From positions 305,832 to 369,831 of the forward strand of contig CBDBNT010000003.1 of NCBI GenBank assembly GCA_965208015.1: a DNA stretch of 64,000 bases, given 5' to 3'. Numbering within the stretch: position 1 is the first letter of the stretch; every line of letters starts with the position of its first letter. The position numbers were made by a program, and so were the translations under genes. Below are positions 45,803 through 56,131 of the stretch, piece after piece. The notes beneath the pieces were generated by a model. It had not been told where the DNA came from. It was given only the letters and a program-made list of their open reading frames with translations, and searched no databases. This DNA is from Dehalococcoidia bacterium (GTDB lineage: Bacteria; Chloroflexota; Dehalococcoidia; Lucifugimonadales; UBA3495).

Positions 45803-45857
45803 CCTTTTGTCAATCCGCCCTGTAGGCGGTAACATTAAGCTACCGGGGAGGTGGGCT

Positions 45858-46250
45858 ATGACAACGCCCAACGTGCACAGCAGGGGCGCGGAAGCAGAAC
45901 CCGTGCCGGCTCAAGTCAACGATGCGAGTCACCAGACCGACCAGCCTAGTGACGCTGGCAAGTGGGGAGGCCGGCTGGACAAGTCAGTCTGGCTCAATTA
46001 CATCCTAATCGGAGCAGGCGTCACAACCACACTGGGGGTGATTACGCTGCTCTGGGGCAGTGCGCAGAACAGCCCCATCATTATGCTGTTAGGAGCGTGC
46101 CTGCTTTCAGCCGGCACTTTGGGCTGGCTGGGAGCGTTCATCTTCTTGACTTGGTTGCTGATACAGGACATCGGCCCGCTAGTTTGGCGCGGACTGAAAA
46201 GCGTTCGTCAGTTCTTTCCAAAATTCAATTCCAAAGGCAAGGAGCAATAG
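45858..46250 (+). CDS. Hypothetical membrane protein (130 aa)
   Basis: GGGGAGG SD before ATG 45858. Three hydrophobic helices. Confidence 0.45.
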   Translation: MTTPNVHSRGAEAEPVPAQVNDASHQTDQPSDAGKWGGRLDKSVWLNYILIGAGVTTTLGVITLLWGSAQNSPIIMLLGACLLSAGTLGWLGAFIFLTWLLIQDIGPLVWRGLKSVRQFFPKFNSKGKEQ

Positions 46251-46460
46251 CAGGGCCAGTATAATGAGCGGCAAACACGCCAACCACAGCATTACCGAGC
46301 GGAGTACGCCTGAGCTGGCCCCCAGAGGCAGCTGTTGGTTACGAGCCGAATGCAAGGCCGCATAAAAGGTTAGTGCCAACGATTCCGTCACGACCGCTAT
46401 GATAACAATCGTCCGGTAATCGGGCGGCAGGTAAGCAATTATTTCGGCCAGGTGCTTCAT
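46179..46460 (-). CDS. Hypothetical small membrane protein (93 aa)
   Basis: ATG lies 3 nt after the acyl-CoA dehydrogenase stop. Its 3' end overlaps the convergent ORF by 72 nt, so one of the two may be spurious. Confidence 0.35.
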   Translation of the reverse strand: MKHLAEIIAYLPPDYRTIVIIAVVTESLALTFYAALHSARNQQLPLGASSGVLRSVMLWLACLPLIILALLLLLAFGIEFWKELTNAFQSAPN

Positions 46461-46463
46461 GGG

Positions 46464-47630
46464 TCAGGTGTACAGAGACGCAGTAGTCTCCGCGCCCATC
46501 AGTACCTGACCGCCGTACTCAAAATTGTTCGGCAGACCCGATATGTGCTGGCCACTGACGTGCAGGTCGCGGAAGAACCGCTCCAAACCCACCGAGCGGT
46601 GGATGGCATTGGTTCCGGCCACGCTGAACAGCCGGTCGACAACGTCCACCGAGCGGCGGATGGCATGGGTTATCGCCAGCCGGGCGCGCACCGCACGATC
46701 CATCAGGTCGGGCTTTTGGTGCACCTGGGCATCCCACATGCTCCCCACGGCATCGAGCACGTAGGTGCGGGCGCCGTCCAGGATGGCCTCGCACTCGCCG
46801 TATGCGATCTGCACGTAGGCCCGATCTCGCAGCAGCATCGGCGAGTTGGTGGTCCCAGCGCCCGTAGCGAGGTCGTGAAATGCGTTCATCGCGCCGCGAG
46901 CCATGCCCAGCGCGTTGGCGGCGGCCAGCGTCCAGCTGATCAGGATGGAAGTCTGGGCTGGGTTGTACAGCGGCCCGGGATGATACGACGGGTCGCCCCG
47001 CCGGTAGGAATGGTGCGCCGGCACGAACACCTCGGAATAATCGCAGTCGTTGCTCGCGGTACCTCGCATCCCCAGGGTGGTCCAGTTGTCAATTACCGTG
47101 CCCGCGTCGACCGGCGCCACCACCACCCGCATGGCCGGACTGCCGTCGTCGTTCAGCGCCGGAGACCCGTCGTGCTTCAGCACGCGGCAGTTGAGGAACA
47201 GCGCGGTAGAGTGGTCGATGCCGCTCAGGTAGTTCCAGCGTCCATTGATGATGTATCCGCCCTCGGTGATGGTCGCGGTGCCTTCAGGCCGCGCCGAGCC
47301 GGAGCCCAGCATGCCCGGCGGGTCGCCGAAAATCTCCTTGACCGCATCCACCGTGAGCCGAGCCAGGGCTGCCGTGATGGCGCTGCCATTGAACACGCAC
47401 CAGCCTGCGGATCCGTCGGCTTGGGAAATGATTTCCACCACCCGGAACGCCGTGAGCGGGTCAAGTTCCGGGCCGCCCAGAGCCTGCGGCGCGTAAAGGC
47501 AGAACAGGTTGTGCGCTGCCATCCGCTCAGCCAAGTCGGGAGGCAGCTGACACTCGGCGTCGATTCGATCAAGGTTCGCCAGGATTTCCGGCGCCAAACT
47601 TTCGGCTATACGGACCAAATCTTCGGGCAT
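46464..47630 (-). CDS. Acyl-CoA dehydrogenase family protein
   Basis: 388 aa, ACAD N/M/C-domain pattern. Confidence 0.8.
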   Translation of the reverse strand: MPEDLVRIAESLAPEILANLDRIDAECQLPPDLAERMAAHNLFCLYAPQALGGPELDPLTAFRVVEIISQADGSAGWCVFNGSAITAALARLTVDAVKEIFGDPPGMLGSGSARPEGTATITEGGYIINGRWNYLSGIDHSTALFLNCRVLKHDGSPALNDDGSPAMRVVVAPVDAGTVIDNWTTLGMRGTASNDCDYSEVFVPAHHSYRRGDPSYHPGPLYNPAQTSILISWTLAAANALGMARGAMNAFHDLATGAGTTNSPMLLRDRAYVQIAYGECEAILDGARTYVLDAVGSMWDAQVHQKPDLMDRAVRARLAITHAIRRSVDVVDRLFSVAGTNAIHRSVGLERFFRDLHVSGQHISGLPNNFEYGGQVLMGAETTASLYT

Positions 47631-47662
47631 TGAGCGGCTCCATCGGTAATGAGGTGCCGGAC

Positions 47663-47668
47663 ATTATA
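47663..47668 (-). promoter_or_regulatory. -10 box TATAAT (minus strand) for the acyl-CoA dehydrogenase gene
   Basis: Plus-strand ATTATA, 33 nt upstream of ATG 47630. Confidence 0.5.
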
Positions 47669-47886
47669 GCCGTGGGCCGTCAACGTCCCATCGGCGGATG
47701 ACCCCGGCAACGATGGATGCCCGCTCACGTCCACCCGGTCTGGCCCGAACTGTCATTGCGAGCGAAGCGCGGCAATCTCGTCGGGGTAACAGACATCGCT
47801 CCGACAAGCAATCAAATCCCGTTCATCCTGTTTATCCTGTTCATCCATGCAAAACCAAACCGGCTCCGCTTGCGGACACGACCCTC

Positions 47887-47916
47887 TTGACAATGCCGAA
47901 CATGCGTTCCTATACT
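47887..47916 (+). promoter_or_regulatory. Near-consensus sigma70 promoter (TTGACA-18-TATACT) with no ORF downstream
   Basis: -35 TTGACA at 47887-47892, -10 TATACT at 47911-47916. The next convincing feature is tRNA-Ser, 540 nt downstream. Confidence 0.5.
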
Positions 47917-48457
47917 GTATCCATCACGTGAAATACCAGCCATCGCCAGAGGTCCTAAAGGGTCGTTCGCGGCCACCCCGTCAGCATCAAAATCGCAAAT
48001 CCCTGTCCCGAGCGACCATCGTCCGCCCGTTTCTCAGCGGCGTGGTCATCCCGGTGACACAGCGACAGTCCACTCGCTGCGTTCTGCACGACCCCAGCGT
48101 CGTCAACGGTTTCAGTGGGCAAAAATACCTTGCGTAACCCCGGCCGTGGGGCTGACACCGACCTGAAATCCTCTGGCAGCGCTGTACCAACCAACAACCG
48201 GACCCAGCAGAAAGCGAGAAAGCCAACAACCAGCCAAGGAACCAACAACCCTCACGGATGCCCAATTCCCGTCAAACGGTCATTGCAACCCCGCACGCGA
48301 TACGGGAGTGGCAGTCTCGTCGCTTGCTGGGCGCTCTCCAGGCAACGAGAGCGCCCCACCGATGCGTTCTTTGAGATACCAAAATGGGTACGCGTCAGCG
48401 GATACCCGGCCTGTACGCCTGCGTGCCGGCGGCAGTACAATGGATATCCGGCGCTGT

Positions 48458-48545
48458 GGAGGGATGGCAGAGTGGACGATTGCGACGGTCTTGAAAACCG
48501 TTAACCCTCACGGGTTCGTGGGTTCGAATCCCACTCCCTCCGCCA
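48458..48545 (+). tRNA. tRNA-Ser (anticodon UGA), CCA encoded
   Basis: Cloverleaf folded by hand. Acceptor GGAGGGA/TCCCTCC, anticodon stem ACGGT/ACCGT with loop CTTGAAA, long variable arm AACCC..GGGTT, T arm GTGGG-TTCGAAT-CCCAC, discriminator G plus CCA. Confidence 0.95.
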
Positions 48546-48562
48546 ATCGGGTGATGGCCCGA

Positions 48563-49036
48563 TCACCACTGCAGCCCGGGCTCTCGTTCCTGCAACAGTT
48601 CTCCGAACAGCGTCAGGACCTGATCGATGCGCAGCACGACGATGGCGCCGACGCTGCCCTCCAGGTAGCGTTCGTTCACTAGCCCCGATTCCAGCAGGCG
48701 ATTGGTCATGTCCTCAAAGACCTGCCCCTCACGGTACACCGAGGCAGTGCAGCGGAACTTCCAGCCGGCGTCCCGCCCGGCGTTGCGGAAAAGGACGATG
48801 ACCTTCGGGTTCGCCTCGATGTGCTCCAGCGGGTTGCGTCCAGTGCGATCACGGTAGATCAGCGTGTCGTCGCCCACCGTGAGCACCGTGCCGATGTATC
48901 CGCAGTTGGGCGTGCCGTCATCCGAGGCGGTGGCCACAATGCACGGGTAGCCGTCGTCCCGCGCCCGGTTAATCAGGCTCGACATTTCTTCGGTCAGCTG
49001 AATCATCTCAAACCCCTCAGGCAGCCGGGCAATCAT
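48563..49036 (-). CDS. Pyridoxamine 5'-phosphate oxidase-family (PPOX/FMN- or F420-binding split-barrel) protein
   Basis: 157 aa. ATGA overlap with the upstream gene stop (49033-49036). Pattern ..DGYPCIVATASDDGTPN...VIVLF. The rest of track ORF 48563..49549 is a shadow. Confidence 0.7.
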   Translation of the reverse strand: MIARLPEGFEMIQLTEEMSSLINRARDDGYPCIVATASDDGTPNCGYIGTVLTVGDDTLIYRDRTGRNPLEHIEANPKVIVLFRNAGRDAGWKFRCTASVYREGQVFEDMTNRLLESGLVNERYLEGSVGAIVVLRIDQVLTLFGELLQEREPGLQW

Positions 49037-50088
49037 CCGGCGTTGATGTACTCCACGGCGCGACGGTGGCTTTCCAGCAGGCCGGGCACCCGCGCCGGGT
49101 CGGTGCGGCCCCATCCGCATTCGCTGGCCACGCCGAAAGAATCCACGAAATCCCGGACGGCGTCGATGCGAGCGCGGTCGCCGGCTGCATCGTCGTAGTG
49201 GACCAGGCCCAGGATCAGATCGGTGTCCGCGGACACACTCAGTCCCTCCAAGGGCTGGAAATACGCTCGGTCCGTCCGGTCCTGGGGCACGGGCATGTGA
49301 ATGAAGTCCAGCCGCCGGCCCGCTCGGTCGGTGATGCCGTTGGCAATCTCCACGAGGATCCCCATGTCCGTCGGCATCACCAGGTGCTCGTCGCGGGGCG
49401 ACCCGTAGCACAGGTGGTAACCCAGGTCCACCGTCACGGGGATTGCGGAGCCCAGCCGCCCCAGCTCCGCAAAGATCTGCTCCTTGTAGTCCGGGGGCCG
49501 GTGTGGGAAGTAGTCCTCGAACAGGAGCACCTCCTGGCACACATCCCACTGGATGGACAGCCGCTCGTGCGGCGCGGACGCGAGAATTTCGTCTACCGCT
49601 GACAGCAGTGACTGTTCGTAGGCGGGAATGTACGCGTCCCGCGCCGCCGGGCTCACGTACATGTACGCTGTGGCCATGGGAGTGGGCAGGGACACCTGGA
49701 ACCGGACGTCGCCCGGGATCACCCCATCGTCCTGTAAGCGGGCATATATATCAAAGGACTCCAGCGCCGCCTCAGAATACCCAGTGGGAAAGTCGACGGT
49801 GATCGGATCAACCCCCGGCCTGAAGCGAATATATGAAGTTTCGCGCAACAACTGGCCATCCCACTGGTAAAGGGCATAGGGCGGCTCATCCGGGTCGGGT
49901 TCCATGGCCGGATGCTGCTCCAGCATCTCCCGCTGGAACCAGATCCAGCGGCCGCGACGTCCGGTTTCCCCGTCGGAGATGCGGCGCAGGTGCGGGCCCC
50001 AAGCTGCACTCACCGTGCGGAACACGGTTTCCGCATCGGATAGCGGGACACTGCCCACCAGATGCGCCCAGCTCTTGGCGTCGGCCAT
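49033..50088 (-). CDS. MetE-like (cobalamin-independent methionine synthase catalytic-domain-like) Zn protein, function unknown
   Basis: 351 aa. HLCYG (His-x-Cys) and ASECGWG (Glu-Cys) resemble the Zn ligand motifs of the MetE/UROD-fold family. Assignment tentative. Confidence 0.5.
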   Translation of the reverse strand: MADAKSWAHLVGSVPLSDAETVFRTVSAAWGPHLRRISDGETGRRGRWIWFQREMLEQHPAMEPDPDEPPYALYQWDGQLLRETSYIRFRPGVDPITVDFPTGYSEAALESFDIYARLQDDGVIPGDVRFQVSLPTPMATAYMYVSPAARDAYIPAYEQSLLSAVDEILASAPHERLSIQWDVCQEVLLFEDYFPHRPPDYKEQIFAELGRLGSAIPVTVDLGYHLCYGSPRDEHLVMPTDMGILVEIANGITDRAGRRLDFIHMPVPQDRTDRAYFQPLEGLSVSADTDLILGLVHYDDAAGDRARIDAVRDFVDSFGVASECGWGRTDPARVPGLLESHRRAVEYINAG

Positions 50089-50120
50089 AAGACCTCCGGG
50101 TGTCCTGTGCCGATGAGCGT

Positions 50121-51233
50121 CTACCCGATCACCCGACGGAAGTAGTCCAGTGCGTTGCCGCCGACGATCTTGAGTACGTCCTCGTCGGAGTGGCCCCGCC
50201 GGATCAGCCCGCGCACGATGTTCTTGCCGTCGGCCGGCGACTCCAGTCCATTGAGATACGGGGCCGGCAGCTGGTCCGGCCTCCGACCCAGCAGAACGCG
50301 GTGGAAAGCCACGTGGTCGCCCACGGTGGTATCGGTGCCGATGCCCACGTGATCGACGCCAACCAGGTTTACCATGTAGTCATAGTGGTCCAGGACGCAC
50401 TCGATGTCCTGCTCGGGGTCGTCGCTCAGCGAGTTGGGCACGGCTGTGATGCAGACCAGGCCGCCGTTGCGGGCGCAGGCCAGCAGCTCCTCGTCCTTGC
50501 GAGTCCGGCCGTTGGGTCGCAGCGTGTAGGAAGCGTTGTGGCTGAACACCGTGGGCGCGCGGGAAATCTCGATGGCGTCCATCGCCGTGGGCGTCGACGC
50601 GTGGGACAGGTCCACCGCCATGCCCAGGTCGTTCATTCGGTGCACCACCTCCACGCCGAATTCGCTCAATCCACCCGGATTGCGCTCCGTCTGGCCGTCG
50701 CCGATGAAGTTCCGCCGGTTGTAGGTGATGCCGGCCAGGCGCACGCCCATGCCGAACAGCGCGTCCACCCGCTCGATGCGGTTGCCGATGGCCAGATGCT
50801 CCAGGGTGGGCAGAAAGCCGATCTTGCCCTGCTGCCGAGCGGCCATGATCTCGTCCGCGTTGCCCACCCGCACGATATTATTCTGCGTTGCCACGTCCGC
50901 CAGCATCCCGCCAACCTCGGCGGCGATGTCCTCGTATTCCATGAAGGACATGTCGGTGGTGCTCTTGAACCCGCTGAAGGCGCTGGCAGTGGTCACCGCC
51001 GACCAACCGCCGGCCTCCACCGCCTGGTAGCCGTACTGGTAGCGGCTGGTGCGCAGGAACTCGATGAACCGGTCCATGTCCTCCGGCAGCAGGAACGGAT
51101 GCTGGTGAACGTCGATCATCACTGCTTCGTCCATGATGCGCTCGAAGCGGGTCTGCTCGGGCGCGTTCAGCGGCACCTCTGATGACGGCACTCGGCCCAC
51201 CTCGCGGACCATTTCGAAAATCTGCGTGACCAT
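50121..51233 (-). CDS. Membrane-dipeptidase family (peptidase M19) protein
   Basis: IDVHQHP metal site, AVDLSHAS...FSHNAS, and GIGTD motifs, as in renal-dipeptidase homologs. Confidence 0.8.
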   Translation of the reverse strand: MVTQIFEMVREVGRVPSSEVPLNAPEQTRFERIMDEAVMIDVHQHPFLLPEDMDRFIEFLRTSRYQYGYQAVEAGGWSAVTTASAFSGFKSTTDMSFMEYEDIAAEVGGMLADVATQNNIVRVGNADEIMAARQQGKIGFLPTLEHLAIGNRIERVDALFGMGVRLAGITYNRRNFIGDGQTERNPGGLSEFGVEVVHRMNDLGMAVDLSHASTPTAMDAIEISRAPTVFSHNASYTLRPNGRTRKDEELLACARNGGLVCITAVPNSLSDDPEQDIECVLDHYDYMVNLVGVDHVGIGTDTTVGDHVAFHRVLLGRRPDQLPAPYLNGLESPADGKNIVRGLIRRGHSDEDVLKIVGGNALDYFRRVIG

Positions 51234-51312
51234 AGACGTCCCTCCTTCAAACTACGGTCAATAGCCCGCGCGGGAATCCCGCCGGATACGCGCGGGCGGT
51301 ATGGCTCGGCGT

Positions 51313-52194
51313 TCACATCGTGCGCCAGGCCGTTCCTTCCGTCAGGGCCAGGAACTGCTCCACCAGCGCCGGATTGGACACGATCAGGCCCGGCGAAAAC
51401 AGGGTCGCATCCTTCAGCGTGGCCCGGTCCAGCACCTGGCCTCCCGCTTCCCGCGCCAGCAGCACGCCGGATGCGATGTCCCACGCCGAAAGGCTGTGGT
51501 GGAAGTACAGGTCAATGCGCCCACAGGCGGCATAGGCCAGGCTGAGCGCGCTGGATCCCATCAACCGGTATCCCTGGACCCGAGGCCAGACGCCGGCGGC
51601 CATTTCCAGCAGCAGCTTGGCCTGGTCGAAGTTGTAGCCCAGGTCGAAACCCAGCACCGCCTCGTCAATGTCGTCGCGGTCGGAAACAGTGATGGGCTGT
51701 CCGTTCAGGGAAGCCCCGCGCCCCTGTTGCGCCGAAAACATCTCGTCCCGCACCGGGTCGTAGGTTACGCCGCAGACCACCTGGTCGCCCTCCGCAATGG
51801 CGACCACCACGCAGAAATGCGGAATCCCCTCCGCGAAATTGCGGGTGCCGTCGATGGGGTCCACCACCCAGGTATACGGCGACGAACCGGAAACGGGAGC
51901 CGACTCCTCGGAGAGGATGCCGAAATCAGGGTATTCCCCGGCCACGTAGTCCAGGATCAGCTTTTCGGAAGCCAGATCGGCGTCGGTGACCACGTTTGCT
52001 CGGCCCTTGAGGCTGACTTCCACATCGGTGCGGAAACGCTCCAGGACCAGCTCACCGGCGCGGCGGGCGGCGGTTTCGCACACCACCAACGCGGACCGGC
52101 CGGAGCGGGAAATGGGCAGTTCATCGACGGTTTCGGCAGGCATCAGCGCATACTCACTGGGGCGGTCAGGATAGGGCAGTCTAGCACCCGCCAT
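51313..52194 (-). CDS. Inositol monophosphatase family protein
   Basis: ILSEES and WVVDPIDGTRNF motifs. Confidence 0.85.
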   Translation of the reverse strand: MAGARLPYPDRPSEYALMPAETVDELPISRSGRSALVVCETAARRAGELVLERFRTDVEVSLKGRANVVTDADLASEKLILDYVAGEYPDFGILSEESAPVSGSSPYTWVVDPIDGTRNFAEGIPHFCVVVAIAEGDQVVCGVTYDPVRDEMFSAQQGRGASLNGQPITVSDRDDIDEAVLGFDLGYNFDQAKLLLEMAAGVWPRVQGYRLMGSSALSLAYAACGRIDLYFHHSLSAWDIASGVLLAREAGGQVLDRATLKDATLFSPGLIVSNPALVEQFLALTEGTAWRTM

Positions 52195-52257
52195 TCCCGG
52201 CCGACAACCGAGTTCAACGGCTCATGCTGGTCGATCAGGGTGTGACCGTCCCCGTGC

Positions 52258-52263
52258 TATACT
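52258..52263 (+). promoter_or_regulatory. -10 box TATACT (TGcTATACT) placed for a leaderless NUDIX mRNA
   Basis: Six nucleotides separate the -10 (ends 52263) from GTG 52270, with no room for an SD. Confidence 0.4.
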
Positions 52264-52269
52264 GCCGCC

Positions 52270-52728
52270 GTGAGTACGCAGGCAGACAGGCCGCTGGTGG
52301 GTGTGGGGGTGGTATTCGTGCGGGCCGGAAAGGTCTTCCTGGCGCAGCGGCAGGGAGCCCATGGCGAGGCGACGTGGGGCTCCGCTGGCGGACACCTGGA
52401 GTTCGGCGAAACCCTGGAGGATTGCGCCCGCAGGGAAGCTCTGGAAGAGCTGGGCGTACAGGTAGGCGAGCTTCGCGTACTCTGCCTGAGCAACATCGTT
52501 GCCTATGGCCGTCACTATGTTGACGTAGAGTTCCTGGGCGATATTGGCGACCAGGATCCGGTCCCCCAGGCAAGCGACGGATCATTTTGCGAGTACGGCT
52601 GGTTTCCCCTGCGTGAGTCGCCCCAGCCGCTGTTCGAACCCATGCGCCTGGCGATTGCCAGCCTGCTGTCGGGCGACTGGTACCACGCCCCCGCCGGAGA
52701 AGGCCCGGGCACGGCCCGTTCCGACTGA
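52270..52728 (+). CDS. NUDIX hydrolase
   Basis: Nudix box GGHLEFGETLEDCARREALEELG. Confidence 0.85.
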   Translation: MSTQADRPLVGVGVVFVRAGKVFLAQRQGAHGEATWGSAGGHLEFGETLEDCARREALEELGVQVGELRVLCLSNIVAYGRHYVDVEFLGDIGDQDPVPQASDGSFCEYGWFPLRESPQPLFEPMRLAIASLLSGDWYHAPAGEGPGTARSD

Positions 52729-52888
52729 CGTGAATGCGGTCCAAACGCGCCCCGAGAGCATCCGAAATCGTTGGCCGATTTCCTGAAATCCGCGAATTGG
52801 TGACATCCGACGCATGACAATCAAGCGGCATATTTGATATAATGCTAAGGGTGTCCATACTGGACATTGTTGCACTGCGTTACAGTGA

Positions 52889-54934
<2,046 letters not shown>

Positions 54935-54963
54935 TTCACCCTTCGGTTCCGGGGGGCACCGCG

Positions 54964-55497
54964 ATGCGACGTGACGGCCTGGTCGTCCTGATCCCCGAGG
55001 ACGAGTTGAAAGCCGGCGTCGCCACGCTGGCCCGCGAAATCGACCGCGATTACGCGACCACCGGCGTAGTGATCGTATGCGTCCTCAAGGGAGCGGCGAT
55101 CTTCACCGCCGACCTGTTGCGGGCATTGAGCGCCGAGGTGCATCGCCTGGAGTTCGTGAGGGCCAGCAGCTACGGCAGTGGCACCGAGTCATCCGGAGAT
55201 GTCAGGCTGGCCGGCATCCTCGACCCCAGACATCTCGGCGGCCAGCACGTCCTCATTGTCGACGATATCGCGGACACCGGCTTTACCTGCGTCGCCGTGA
55301 AGGACTACATCCGCAGTCTGGCCCCGGCTTCGTTGCGCTATTGCACGCTGCTGGACAAACCGGAGCGCCGCGAAGTCGAAGTCCAGTACGACTACGTCGG
55401 GTTCACCATCCCCAACCACTTCGTCGTTGGCTACGGCATGGATTTCGACGAACGCTACCGGGGCCTGCCGGCGATTTACTACTTTCCGGAGACCTGA
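54964..55497 (+). CDS. hpt: Hypoxanthine phosphoribosyltransferase
   Basis: PRPP motif VLIVDDIADTGFT and typical length. Confidence 0.9.
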   Translation: MRRDGLVVLIPEDELKAGVATLAREIDRDYATTGVVIVCVLKGAAIFTADLLRALSAEVHRLEFVRASSYGSGTESSGDVRLAGILDPRHLGGQHVLIVDDIADTGFTCVAVKDYIRSLAPASLRYCTLLDKPERREVEVQYDYVGFTIPNHFVVGYGMDFDERYRGLPAIYYFPET

Positions 55498-55544
55498 ACG
55501 GGAGATTGCCAGCGCCCAACCGAAACCCGCCGGCTGGCAGTTGA

Positions 55545-55574
55545 TTGACCTGCTTTGTCTCAAGTCGTTACAAT
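55545..55574 (+). promoter_or_regulatory. sigma70-like promoter (TTGACC-18-TACAAT) for the coiled-coil gene
   Basis: -35 at 55545-55550, -10 at 55569-55574, 21 nt upstream of ATG 55595 (AGGAGAGAG SD). Confidence 0.55.
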
Positions 55575-55594
55575 TCTCCCAACGCAGGAGAGAG

Positions 55595-56071
55595 ATGAGT
55601 ACGGACGTTATCACGATCATCGGCGCACTGGTAAGCATCGCCACCCTCATCGCCTTGGTCGGCGGCGGATTCTACTGGTGGGGACGCCTGTCCAGCCGGG
55701 TCGACGGGCTGGACCGGGAAGTACAATCGTTGCGCGACGACGTGAAGTCCGTGCGTGAAGACGTCCAATCCGTCCGCAATGAACTGAATGGCGAACTGCA
55801 ATCCGTCCGCGGCGAACTGCAATCCGTCCGCAATGAACTGAACGGCGAACTGCAATCCGTCCGCGGCGAACTGCAATCCTTGCGCGTCGAACTGCTGACA
55901 GAGATTCGGTTGAGCGAGGAAAGGATACTGACCGCCCTGACGCACCACTCCCACGTCTCGCCGGACGCCGGCCCGCCGGTGTTCTGGCAGCCCATTGGCG
56001 CGCCTAATCCGCCGTCAACCGAGGCGGCAGCGGCAGCCCAAAACGCGGGCGTTGACGCGCCGGCCTCGTAG
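55595..56071 (+). CDS. Membrane-anchored coiled-coil protein with tandem LQSVR repeats
   Basis: N-terminal TM (IIGALVSIATLIALVGGGFYWW), then DVKSVREDVQSVRNELNGELQSVRGELQSVRNELNGELQSVRGELQSLRVEL. Confidence 0.6.
   Translation: MSTDVITIIGALVSIATLIALVGGGFYWWGRLSSRVDGLDREVQSLRDDVKSVREDVQSVRNELNGELQSVRGELQSVRNELNGELQSVRGELQSLRVELLTEIRLSEERILTALTHHSHVSPDAGPPVFWQPIGAPNPPSTEAAAAAQNAGVDAPAS
55766..55879 (+). repeat. Tandem repeat, 54-bp unit, about 2.1 copies, in frame
   Basis: Units 55766-55819 and 55820-55873 differ at one nucleotide (AATGGC vs AACGGC). A third copy is partial. Confidence 0.85.
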
Positions 56072-56131
56072 CGATCGGCGCGGGCTTAAAACCCGCCCCT
56101 CTGAGATCATCGTTTTACTCTTCCCCCCGGT

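Noticed and set aside
47752-47779. GTCATTGCGAGCGAAGCGCGGCAATCTC looks like another short dispersed-repeat type.
   Set aside because: Only one copy occurs in this window, so repeat status cannot be supported from the sequence given.
47955-48248. 97-aa minus-strand ORF (and 47987..48265) with a hydrophobic N-terminus in the tRNA-upstream region.
   Set aside because: The TTG start directly abuts the only purine-rich patch, so SD spacing is unusable. The hydrophobic N-terminus is simply the translation of the GGTTGTTGG repeats, and no family resemblance was found.
48386-48399. TGGGTACGCGTCAG resembles the IS right inverted repeat (12 of 13 positions) next to tRNA-Ser.
   Set aside because: A 12/13 match of a GC-rich 13-mer is not far from chance expectation in 128 kb of two-strand sequence, and no adjoining IS-derived sequence supports it.
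48458-48545. Considered whether the tRNA with a long variable arm is tRNA-Sec, given two selenoprotein genes in the window.
   Set aside because: The anticodon loop is C-U-U-G-A-A-A, giving anticodon UGA (reads UCA, Ser) rather than UCA. The acceptor stem is the normal 7 bp, so it is tRNA-Ser.
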